Below, in pieces: positions 26,378 to 37,423 of a stretch of DNA of 64,000 nucleotides. The first letter of the stretch is position 1. Each line of letters opens with the position of its first letter. This DNA comes from Eledone cirrhosa. Lineage: Eukaryota. Location: contig OZ024746.1 in NCBI GenBank assembly GCA_964016885.1, forward strand, positions 98,518,001 to 98,582,000, written 5' to 3'. The notes beneath the pieces were generated by a model that saw nothing but the letters and a program-made list of their open reading frames with translations, was not told the origin of the DNA and searched no databases. The position numbers and the translations under genes were made by a program.

Positions 26378-26880
26378 TACCTCATTTTACTAGTCTCAAG
26401 AACGCGTCTACACGACGTGAGAAAGAATCCCAAAAGGCGGAGGGGGAGATAGTCACGCGATATAACGGTCGAGAAACAGAGCTAAGCCTCTTATAACCAC
26501 GAAGAAAATACCACGGAGGCGGAGGGGGTATTCATATCGAGGCCGTAGAAGAGGTAGTGAAGAAGGCGAGAAGTATGAGTAATGGAAGCTTTCCAGTTGT
26601 CCCCACACTTCAAAGATTGCTCGACCAGAGGGAGTTATTAATATATTTAGAAACACACAGATACATGCGGACACACACATATATACATGAATGCATCCGC
26701 ACCCAACTGTGAGTTAAGGGTGCCAACTTCACCGATGTTGCTCAATGAATGACTGGGACAGACCAATTCAGTTTGAACTAGACTGAACCAGTATCAGAGT
26801 TAAAAATACATTATGAAGAGAGAAGAAACATTTAGATATAATTAGTAATAAAATGTATCATACCTAAACTGTTCCTAAAT

Positions 26881-26968
26881 TCCTCGACTACGTAGTTTCG
26901 TGGCATAAACAAAAACAATATATCAAAGATATAGAGTCCCTGCGAGGTCTGCCGACTTATCAAGAGGA
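26881..26968 (-). ncRNA. Type I hammerhead ribozyme, U3-A8 variant (copy 2)
   Basis: Same motif as copy 1, offset +591. Confidence 0.8.
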
Positions 26969-27471
26969 TACCTCATTTTACTAGTCTCAAGAACGCGTCT
27001 ACACGACGTGAGAAAGAATCCCAAAAGGCGGAGGGGGAGATAGTCACGCGATATAACAGTCGAGAAACAGAGCTAAGCCTCTTATAACCACGAAGAAAAT
27101 ACCACGGAGGCGGAGGGGGTATTCATATCGAGGCCGTAGAAGAGGTAGTGAAGAAGGCGAGAAGTATGAGTAATGGAAGCTTTCCAGTTGTCCCCACACT
27201 TCAAAGATTGCTCGACCAGAGGGAGTTATTAATATATTTAGAAACACACAGATACATGCGGACACACACATATATACATGAATGCATCCGCACCCAACTG
27301 TGAGTTAAGGGTGCCAACTTCACCGATGTTGCTCAATGAATGACTGGGACAGACCAATTCAGTTTGAACTAGACTGAACCAGTATCAGAGTTAAAAATAC
27401 ATTATGAAGAGAGAAGAAACATTTAGATATAATTAGTAATAAAATGTATCATACCTAAACTGTTCCTAAAT

Positions 27472-27559
27472 TCCTCGACTACGTAGTTTCGTGGCATAAA
27501 CAAAAACAATATATCAAAGATATAGAGTCCCTGCGAGGTCTGCCGACTTATCAAGAGGA
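27472..27559 (-). ncRNA. Type I hammerhead ribozyme, U3-A8 variant (copy 3)
   Basis: Same motif as copy 1, offset +1182. Confidence 0.8.
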
Positions 27560-27998
27560 TACCTCATTTTACTAGTCTCAAGAACGCGTCTACACGACGT
27601 GAGAAAGAATCCCAAAAGGCGGAGGGGGAGATAGTCACGCGATATAACGGTCGAGAAACAGAGCTAAGCCTCTTATAACCACGAAGAAAATACCACGGAG
27701 GCGGAGGGGGTATTCATATCGAGGCCGTAGAAGAGGTAGTGAAGAAGGCGAGAAGTATGAGTAATGGAAGCTTTCCAGTTGTCCCCACACTTCAAAGATT
27801 GCTCGACCAGAGGGAGTTATTAATATATTTAGAAACACACAGATACATGCGGACACACACATATATACATGAATGCATCCGCACCCAACTGTGAGTTAAG
27901 GGTGCCAACTTCACCGATGTTGCTCAATGAATGACTGGGACAGACCAATTCAGTTTGAACTAGACTGAACCAGTATCAGAGTTAAATATATAGATATA

Positions 27999-28039
<41 letters not shown>

Positions 28040-28050
28040 GATATAATATG

Positions 28051-28083
<33 letters not shown>

Positions 28084-28271
28084 GTATATATATATATATT
28101 ATGTATATGTATATATATATATATATTATGTATATGTATATATATATATATATTATATATATGTATATATATATATATATTATATATATGTATATATATA
28201 TATATATTATATATATGTATATATATATATATATTATATATATGTATATATATATATATATTATATATATG

Positions 28272-28328
<57 letters not shown>

Positions 28329-28333
28329 TATAT

Positions 28334-28367
<34 letters not shown>

Positions 28368-29221
28368 ATTATATATATGTATATATATATATATATTATA
28401 TATATGTATATATATATTATATATGTATATAATATATATATATATATATTATATATATGTATATATATATTATATATGTATATAATATATATATATATAT
28501 ATAATATATTATATATGTATATAATATATATATATATATATATAATATATATATATTATATATGTATATAATATATATATATATATATAATATATTATAT
28601 ATGTATATAATATATATATATATACATAATATATTATATATGTATATAATATATATATATATACATAATATATTATATATGTATATAATATATATATATA
28701 TATACATAATATATTATATATGTATATAATATATATATATATATACATAATATATTATATATGTATATAATATATATATATATATACATAATATATTATA
28801 TATGTATATAATATATATATATATATATAATATATTATATATGTATATAATATATATATATATATATAATATATTATATATGTATATGTATATATATAAT
28901 ATATGTATATGTATATATATAATATATATATATGTATATATATATGTATATATATATATATATATATAATATGTATATATTTGTAATTAATTAAAATGGA
29001 GTGTATTTCATTAGAAATCAGTCATGAAAGGGTTAAATGGTGTAATATCAGGAGTGTTATGAGTAGAAACTGTTAAATGGTGTTATGAGTAAGCAAAATT
29101 TTCAAGTATCGTCCTTGAAAAAAATTAATTCCTAGACACAGCTTACAGACTATATAGACTCTATCTGATTATTGAATGCATCAAGCACACTGCACAAAAC
29201 ATTACATATGGTAGATATAAT

Positions 29222-29434
29222 TGTTTCTACTTTTTGGCACAAGGCCAGCAATTCACCAGTGCATTACTGGTACTTTATTTTATCGACCCTGTAAGGATGA
29301 AAGGCAAAGTTAACCTCGGTGGGATTTGAACTCAGAATGGCAAGGGCCGTAACTCTATGCTTTGACCCATAGAGTTACAGCCCTTGCCATTCTGAGTTCA
29401 AATCCCACCGAGGTTAACTTTGCCTTTCATCCTT
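29222..29434 (-). mobile_element. SINE A insertion with fold-back inverted duplication and 16-bp TSD
   Basis: ATATGGTAGATATAAT at 29206-29221 and 29435-29450; 68-bp inverted arms. Confidence 0.88.
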
Positions 29435-29658
29435 ATATGGTAGATATAATGGTGTTACGAAGGGCATCCAGCTGTAAAAATACCGACCAAATTTACAGTC
29501 CTTGTCAGAGCAAGGTATGGTGTGGCCAATTCTGGCCAGACTTGTCTCTTGACATAGATGACCCGTCTAACCCATGCAAGTATGTAAAATGGACTTTAAA
29601 CAATGTTGATGATGATGTAAACCTGAGTTTGATGCTGTAAAAGAAAGGGCAGATTGAA

Positions 29659-29845
29659 ATAATTGTTTCTACTTTAGGCACAAGGCCAGCAATTAATCAG
29701 TACATTACTGGTACTTTATTTTATCGACCCCGTAAGGATGAAAGGCAAAGTTAATCTCGGCGGGATTTGAACTCAGACTGTAAAGGGACGTAACTATGCT
29801 AGAAAGCATGGTATCCAACCCTCTACCGATACTGCCAATTCACAA
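29659..29845 (-). mobile_element. SINE family A copy
   Basis: Matches 6017-6205. Confidence 0.88.
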
Positions 29846-29970
29846 GGGCAGAGATGTTATATGAGAAGGGGAAACCAAAGAAAGAAGGGGAAACCAAAGA
29901 AAGATGATGGATAAAGCCTTGAAACTAACTGTAGCTCTGTTAGTTCAAGATGGAGTTAGTTTGGATAAGT

Positions 29971-30255
29971 GAAGGAGCGTGGCTCTGCAGTTAGGGTATT
30001 CTGCTCACAATTGTAAGGTTGTTAGTTCAATTCCCTGTGGCGCATTGCGTCCTTCAGCAAGACACTTTATTTCACGTTGTTCCAGTCAACTCAGCTGGCA
30101 AAAATGAGTTGTACCTGTAATTCGAAGGGCCAGCCTTGTCACATTCTGTGTCGTGCTGAATCTCCCTGAGAACTATGTTAAGGGTACACATGTCTGTGGA
30201 ATGCTCAGCCACTTGCACGTTAATTTCACGAGCAGGCTGTATCCACGGACAGCCA
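29971..30255 (+). mobile_element. tRNA-derived SINE family B copy
   Basis: tRNA-like head (TGGCTCTGCAG...AGTTCAATTCC) followed by AGCAAGACACTTTATTTCAC...ACTCAGCTG core. Confidence 0.8.
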
Positions 30256-30564
30256 GTTTAATTTTTTAGGTTTGGATAAAAATACAGTTTGGGTTTGTGC
30301 CAAGATATGAAACCATAGCTGCTATATTTCTGTTCTGATACAAGAGAAGTTGTTAGCCAAGATGAAATGACTGTGGAGATAAGCTCTCAGTAGACTGCAG
30401 AGTTTTGTAAAGATATAAGGTATGATGGCTTTTCCAAACTTTTAGTCAAGTTCAGAGGAGCAGAAGACTAGAAGTAGTTTTACTAATGACAAAAGAAAGA
30501 ACATAGTTGGCTGGTGGGTTTAGATTTTATTGATTGTATTTCAATGTATTCATTATTTCAACAG

Positions 30565-31355
30565 GTTTTGGTAGGATCAGTAGAGCATCGGACACCATGC
30601 GACATGGAGTTACGGCCCTTTACGTTCTGTGTTCAAACCCTGCTGAGGTTAGCTTAGCCTTTCATCCTTACGGGGTCGATAAAATAGAGTACCAGTCACG
30701 CACTGGGGTCGATTTAATCGCCTTCCTCCTCCCCCAAAATTGCTGGCCTTGTGCCTATATAATAAACCATTATTTCAGCTGGTTTGGTAGGATCGGTAGA
30801 GCGTCGGACACCATGTGGCATGGAGTTACAGCCCTTTACGTTCTGTGTTCAAACACTGCTGAGGTTAGCTTAGCCTTTCATCCTTACGGGGTCGATAAAA
30901 TAAAGTACCAGTCACACACTGAGGTCGATTTAATCAACTCCCCTCCCACCAAATTGCTGGCCTTGTGCCTATATAATAAACCATTATTTCAGCTGGTTTA
31001 TATCTACCTCGAAGAAATTTTATTGCTTCACAGCAACCAAAACATATTTTGATTACATTTCGGTTAAGGCCTGACTAGTTTTAACTTATTAACTTCCACA
31101 AACTAGACTCCATTATATGGTGGATTGTTCAAATCCCGCCAAGGTTAACTTTGCCTTTCATCTTTACGGGGTCGATAAAATAAAGTACCAGTAATACACT
31201 GCGGAAGATTTAATCAACTTTCCTCTCCATAAAAATTGCTGGCCTTGTGCCTATAGTAGAAATTATTAGGGAACTATTATGCATACACATATATAAAATA
31301 AAGTTCCAGGAATGCACTGGGGGTAATTGCTGGCCTTGTGCCAAACGTAGAAAAT
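30565..31355 (+). mobile_element. Cluster of SINE A copies (tandem pair of ~216-bp period plus rearranged copies)
   Basis: Repeated SINE A body; 136-bp flank duplication 30983-31118/31356-31491. Confidence 0.85.
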
Positions 31356-31939
31356 ATTATTTCAGTTGGTTTATATCTACCTCGAAGAAATTTTATTGCT
31401 TCACAGCAACCAAAACATATTTTGATTACATTTCGGTTAAGGCCTGACTAGTTTTAACTTATTAACTTTCACAAACTAAACTCCATTATATTTTTGTGTG
31501 TTTCTTTATTATTAATAGATATATTTTATTAGAAAAGAAAAAATATATACTTCTGTGTTAATATTGATTTCTAACTTAATATATAAGATTAGATTTACAA
31601 TATTCTCTTGGAACATTCAGCTGTAATTTTTCTATAGATCTTTTTTTTTTCTTTAATGTCACATTTTGCATTTCTTCCCCTATTTTAGAATTAATTGAAT
31701 TTAAAAATTAAAAATATAAATATATATTTCAGTATAGAAATGAAATTTACTTATTTGCAACTTGCTGAATAGAGATAAAAAAGGAAGACATATTGGAAAC
31801 TGTTGCATTTGGCTAGTTTTCATATATTTGAACAGTCTGAGGACCTGGAATAAAATATGGGTATTAAATATAACAGTTGTTATATGGAGGAACATGTCAT
31901 AATTGTGTTGCAGCACTAATGAAATCTATAAAAGAAACA

Positions 31940-33714
31940 TTAACCCTTTAGTGTTCAAACCGGCCCAAACCGGCTAGAATTCTGTTCTTCTTTCTGTTGA
32001 AACTGGCTGTAACTGGTCGCTCAAACTGATGTTAACCCTTTAGTGTTCAAACCGGCCAAAACCGGCTAGAATTCTGTTCTTCTTTCTGTTGAAACTGGCT
32101 GTAACTGGTCGCTCAAACTGATGTTAACCATTTAGTGTTCAAACCGGCCCAAACCGGCTAGAATTCTGTTCTTCTTTCTGTTGAAACTGGCTGTAACTGG
32201 TCGCTCAAACTTATGTTAACCCTTTAGTGTTCAAACCGGCCCAAACCGGCTAGAATTCTGTTCTTCTTTCTGTTGAAACTGGCTGTAACTGGTCGCTCAA
32301 ACTGATGTTAACCCTTTAGTGTTCAAACCGGCCCAAACCGGCTAGAATTCTGTTCTTCTTTCTGTTGAAACTGGCTGTAACTGGTCGCTCAAACTGATGT
32401 TAACCCTTTAGTGTTCAAACCGGCCAAAACCGGCTAGAATTCTGTTCTTCTTTCTGTTGAAACTGGCTGTAACTGGTCGCTCAAACTGATGTTAACCCTT
32501 TAGTGTTCAAACCGGCCAAAACCGGCTAGAATTCTGTTCTTCTTTCTGTTGAAACTGGCTGTAACTGGTCGCTCAAACTGATGTTAACCCTTTAGTGTTC
32601 AAACCGGCCAAAACCGGCTAGAATTCTGTTCTTCTTTCTGTTGAAACTGGCTGTAACTGGTCGCTCAAACTGATGTTAACCCTTTAGTGTTCAAACCGGC
32701 CCAAACCGGCTAGAATTCTGTTCTTCTTTCTGTTGAAACTGGCTGTAACTGGTCGCTCAAACTGATGTTAACCCTTTAGTGTTCAAACCGGCCCAAACCG
32801 GCTAGAATTCTGTTCTTCTTTCTGTTGAAACTGGCTGTAACTGGTCGCTCAAACTGATGTTAACCCTTTAGTGTTCAAACCGGCCAAAACCGGCTAGAAT
32901 TCTGTTCTTCTTTCTGTTGAAACTGGCTGTAACTGGTCGCTCAAACTGATGTTAACCCTTTAGTGTTCAAACCGGCCAAAACCGGCTAGAATTCTGTTCT
33001 TTCTGTTGAAACTGGCTGTAACTGGTCGCTCAAACTGATGTTAACCCTTTAGTGTTCAAACCGGCCAAAACCGGCTAGAATTCTGTTCTTCTTTCTGTTG
33101 AAACTGGCTGTAACTGGTCGCTCAAACTGATGTTAACCCTCTAGTGTTCAAACCGGCCAAAACCGCTAGAATTCTGTTCTTCTTTCTGTTGAAACTGGCT
33201 GTAACTGGTCGCTCAAACTGATGTTAACCCTTTAGTGTTCAAACCGGCCCAAACCGGCTAGAATTCTGTTCTTCTTTCTGTTGAAACTGGCTGTAACTGG
33301 TCGCTCAAACTGATGTTAACCCTTTAGTGTTCAAACCGGCCCAAACCGGCTAGAATTCTGTTCTTCTTTCTGTTGAAACTGGCTGTAACTGGTCGCTCAA
33401 ACTGATGTTAACCCTTTAGTGTTCAAACCGGCCAAAACCGGCTAGAATTCTGTTCTTCTTTCTGTTGAAACTGGCTGTAACTGGTCGCTCAAACTGATGT
33501 TAACCCTTTAGTGTTCAAACCGGCCCAAACCGGCTAGAATTCTGTTCATCTTTCTGTTGAAACTGGCTGTAACTGGTCGCTCAAACTGATGTTAAGGTAT
33601 TGTTCTCAAAATAAATACTTTCAAGATCTCATAGATTCGATATTATGTGAAGTAAAGCATTTACCATGAAAATATAATAGTATATATAGAGTAATGTGAA
33701 TGCTATAGGGTTAA
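31940..33714 (+). mobile_element. piggyBac-type MITE family 1 whose first 92 bp are amplified 18-fold
   Basis: TTAA-CCCTTTAG start, 92-bp period to 33595, then normal MITE remainder ending TATAGGG-TTAA. Confidence 0.92.
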
Positions 33715-33744
33715 GATGTATTTTTTCATTGGTTTGATTTAATA

Positions 33745-34230
33745 TAAATGTACGTGTGTGTATATGTAGAGAGGTACGTGTGTATATATAGAGAGGTACG
33801 TGTGTATATGTAGAGAGGTACGTGTGTATATGTAGAGAGGTACGTGTGTGTATATGTAGAGAGGTACGTGTGTGTATATGTAGAGAGGTACGTGTGTGTA
33901 TATGTAGAGAGGTACGTGTGTGTATATGTAGAGAGGTACGTGTGTATATGTAGAGAGGTACGTGTGTGTGTATGTAGAGAGGTACGTGTGTGTGTATGTA
34001 GAGAGGTACGTGTGTGTGTATGTAGAGAGGTACGTGTGTGTGTATGTAGAGAGGTACGTGTGTGTGTATGTAGAGAGGTACGTGTGTGTGTATGTAGAGA
34101 GGTACGTGTGTGTGTATGTAGAGAGGTACGTGTGTGTGTGTATGTAGAGAGGTATGTGTGTAGAGAGAGGTACATGTGTGTGTATATGTAGAGATAGAAA
34201 GAGAGGTACATGTGTATGTGCAGAGAGGGT
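33745..34230. repeat. ~24-bp minisatellite (GTGTGTGTATATGTAGAGAGGTAC)
   Basis: Direct periodicity. Confidence 0.95.
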
Positions 34231-34317
34231 AAGAGAGAAAGAAGCAATCTGAAAAATTAATAATACAGAATTTGGAGGGATTTAGTAATAAAACTAACTT
34301 TTCTATTATTAAGTTGG

Positions 34318-34515
34318 TGTTTGGAGCTTGTCCGGCTGTGTCCCCTTCACACTGGTCACCGTTGAGACCTCAGGCATCCTCAGACCCCATACTGCTGAGC
34401 TCCTCAGTAAAATCAGAATGTCAGCAGCCTGTCTGAAGAAGGAGCCCCATGAGGTGGGGTGGCTGTTGCAGCAGATGTGTGCTGGCCATTGTCTGCAAAA
34501 ATGCCTTTGTAGTTT
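34318..34515 (+). mobile_element. CRE-like LINE 3' remnant
   Basis: PFTLVTVETSGILRP motif, homologous to the minus-strand copies. Confidence 0.55.
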
Positions 34516-35239
34516 TGTCTGCAATGGCACAGCTGAAACACAGCCCCACCCTAGTCACAGAGCTCATCACTCTCTCCCTATTTTCCGTGGCCTCATAGTC
34601 CTTGCTTTTTTCCTCTATTTTCCCATACAGTCAGATCTGCCCTTCTTTACCTTTTCCCCACTCTGTTCATTAATTTTGTTTTTATCTTTCTTTTTCAATA
34701 AAGATTCTAACATAAAATTAAGATAGGTTTTTAGAGAAATATAAACACTTTAAAATAAACAATTTTGTATTTTAGAATTAGGGGTGGTTTCAGGAGGTTT
34801 GCTATCAAAGGAGTTAAAGGGGAATTCAGTAAGCTTCCATGTTATGTTTTCACTATCAGTATTTTCAGTTTGTTTAGGATCTCATTAGGTCTACAATGTA
34901 TGTGTATATGTAACATGTGGTGTGGTAAATAAATATATACATATATACCACGGAAACAACACATCACCAAATTCTCAGACCAGGTGATGTGTTGTTTCCT
35001 TGAGCAAGACACTTTACTTCACATTGCTCCAGTTTACTCAGCTGTAGAAATGAGATGAGAGGACTGGGGTCCCTATCATTCCACTGTAGAAAAGCGCCCA
35101 GCCCACACTGTAAATGAGGTTCGTGTTAGGAAGGGCATCCAGCTGTAGAAATCAAGCCAGAATCAGTTCCCGTCCCACCCTTGCAAGCAGAGAAAAGCGG
35201 ACGTAGAATGATGATGATGATACCAAGTCCGGACACAAT

Positions 35240-35712
35240 GGAATCACTCACACTGTCACTGCCTCCGTCCCTCTCGCTCTCCCCATCTCTCACTATAATG
35301 AGCAAATGGGGGCCCACACATTGGTCACCCCATGGCCCTGGCAGACAGAATAGAGGTGTTTTCTTGGACGATATTGAGGGAGATGACCCCAGAAGGTCAC
35401 ACCTGCTGGTAGCCAACTCTGTGCCGATAGTGGTGAGTAGAGAGGTGGCCCTAGTGCTAAGGACAGCAGAAGTCTCCACTGCTTCGGGCTTGACCGCAAA
35501 CCTGTCAGAGAGTGACCGATATTTGGAGAGTTTACCCTCCTCGGTTCGAAGTGCAGCAGAGCCTGGGTTAGTCACAGACTGCACTAGGTTGCCGCTGGAG
35601 AATGTGTTGCTGCATGTGGCATCGAAGAAGAGGTATTGACCACTGCTGAACAGGAAGATAGTCATGCCGTCTGGCCTTTTGCTGTCCCCTTGGGCCAGCC
35701 CTGCCTGCTTGA
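35240..35712 (-). mobile_element. CRE-clade non-LTR retrotransposon 3' fragment (restriction-like endonuclease domain)
   Basis: KRPDGMT...DATCSNTF...AA..EE.K..KY...F...AVETS matches the PD-(D/E)xK RLE of CRE elements. Confidence 0.8.
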
Positions 35713-35959
35713 GCTGGGAGGGGAAGCATATTATAACTGCCACATGCTTTTAATTTATACCTAAAATGTTACAAACAATCTGTGTGTTATGTACAGGAAT
35801 GAATGGACATTTAAAATAGCTAATGAATTGGAAGCTCTCCACCAGCATGTGTAGTGTGTATATTGATATTATACGCAAGTATATATACATGTAGATATGA
35901 TACATGTGTAGTGTGCATATTGATATTATACGCAAGTATATATACATGTAGATATGATA

Positions 35960-36344
35960 CATCAAATAAAATCATAATTGACAATATACACAGAAATTGA
36001 AGGAAGACTGCGTTACACTGTCTTATGTAATCAGTAACGTAATCCATGATACATTAAAAAAAGATATTATATATAAACTGCATTAGGAGAAAATTAGTGA
36101 TGGAAATATATGAATGTTTATTTAAGCGATTGCTAACCGGAAGTGTTGACATTTGAAAATTTTAAAGAAGTGAATCTTTAAATAAGCAATAAAATATATT
36201 TAATCAACAGCCACGAAATTTAGGAGATAAATTATGTAATATTCATTCATTATTTATTCAAAGTAATCCAACTTATTTTACTAACTGAATTAAAAGAAAT
36301 AAACCGTATGCAGTCCCGCACTCCTTACTTTATTATAGTTTAGA
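35960..36344 (-). mobile_element. Helitron 5' fragment
   Basis: Minus-strand 5' TCTAAACTATAATAAAG at 36344; shares AACCGGAAGTGTTGACATTT...AAAGAAGTGAAT with the Helitron at 57368-58753; left boundary approximate. Confidence 0.55.
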
Positions 36345-36720
36345 TGTATATCTCTACAATTCTGTCACAACACGTAAAAAGAGAGGAGTAGTTTGACTAC
36401 CTCATACTACTCCTCTCTCTTTATGTATGCTACATGAATGAATGTATGTAAAAGGAAGGAAGGGGATGGTGAAAAACTACGCTGTGTCTTTAAATGCATG
36501 TTTGTGTGAATGTGTGTTTGTGAATGTATGTGTGTGTGTTAATGAGTGTATGTTTGTAAGTGTGTCTGTTTGAGCATTTATTGTACACTCATACATATAA
36601 ATGTATGCATATACACACACAATACATACACACAAAAACAACACACACAATACATACAAAATTTTTTTAGTTTTTGTAAAGTTTTCAACATCAACAGTAC
36701 ATACTAGGTATAGTATCGTG

Positions 36721-37070
36721 AAGGCACATGGCTTAGTGGTTATAGTGTTAGGCTTGCAATCAGAAGGCTGGGATTTTAATTCTCGGACCGGGTGATCCGT
36801 TGTCCTTGATCAAGACACTTTATTTCACGTTGCTCCAGTTCACTCAGCTGTAGAAATGAGTTGCGATGTCACAGGTGCCAAGCTGTATCAGCCATTGCCT
36901 TTCTCTTGAACAACTTTGGTGGCATGGAGAGGGGAATCTGCCTGCATGGGTGACTGCTGGTCTTCCACAAACAACCTTGCCCAGACTTGTGCTTCAGTAG
37001 GAGTGGGGGGCTTTCTAGTTTCTAGGTCCCATGGTCCTACATGACCAAAGGGGGTCTTTACCCCTTTACT
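36721..37070 (+). mobile_element. SINE family B copy
   Basis: A box TGGCTTAGTGG and SINE B core; inverted homologue at 62222-62510. Confidence 0.85.
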
Positions 37071-37423
37071 AGTATGAACCTGTGAAACTCAGTCATGTTT
37101 GTCTGCTTTTAACCTTGCTCTCCTAGAACACATCTAAGTATGTTATATTCACATAAAAGATTACATTATGTAATATGTAGGAAGTAAATTGGCAGATATA
37201 TTAGTGTCAGATAAAATGCTTTGTCATATTCGTTCAAAAATCTACACTCTTAGACTAAATCTCATCAAGGTCGTGTGAAAAGATCAACTCGTGTTATACC
37301 TAGAAGGAAAGTTAGCCGGTAAGAGGAGTAAGGGTCGAATAAGAGCAGGGAGGGGGGACAGTTATTTGAGACCCAAGGGTACTTTTATAGTTTGACAGTA
37401 TGTCATTCTATTTTTATTCTGTA

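Larger units (their letters stand above)
26215..27986 (-). mobile_element. Retrozyme-like element: three head-to-tail 591-bp units, each with a hammerhead ribozyme
   Basis: Period 591 (26220/26811/27402); only two differences noticed among copies; 50-bp flanking direct repeat; hammerhead motif in each unit. Confidence 0.8.
17757..28980. repeat. ~11-kb compound (TA)n microsatellite block interrupted by retroelements
   Basis: TA-only tracts with TTA, TAA, TATG and ~30-bp TACTATTT variants. Confidence 0.97.

Noticed and set aside
26453-26680. 75-aa ORF repeated in each 591-bp unit
   Set aside because: Starts within a TG-rich tract, has no recognisable domain, and is identical only because the units are recent copies; coding is not excluded but unsupported
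26215-27986. Solo LTR array or Helitron tandem as explanation of the 591-bp unit
   Set aside because: No TG...CA ends with 4-6-bp TSD and no TC...CTRR termini; the hammerhead and long TSD fit a retrozyme/Penelope-type element better
20736-28748. Long Tyr/Ile ORFs
   Set aside because: Translations of (TA)n microsatellite
33726-34247. His/Thr- and Val/Cys-repeat ORFs (also 61811-62369)
   Set aside because: Translations of CA/TG-based mini- and microsatellites
36721-36795. tRNA genes at SINE heads (also ~51050, ~51700, ~62480)
   Set aside because: A/B boxes are present but cloverleaves are degenerate and continue into SINE bodies
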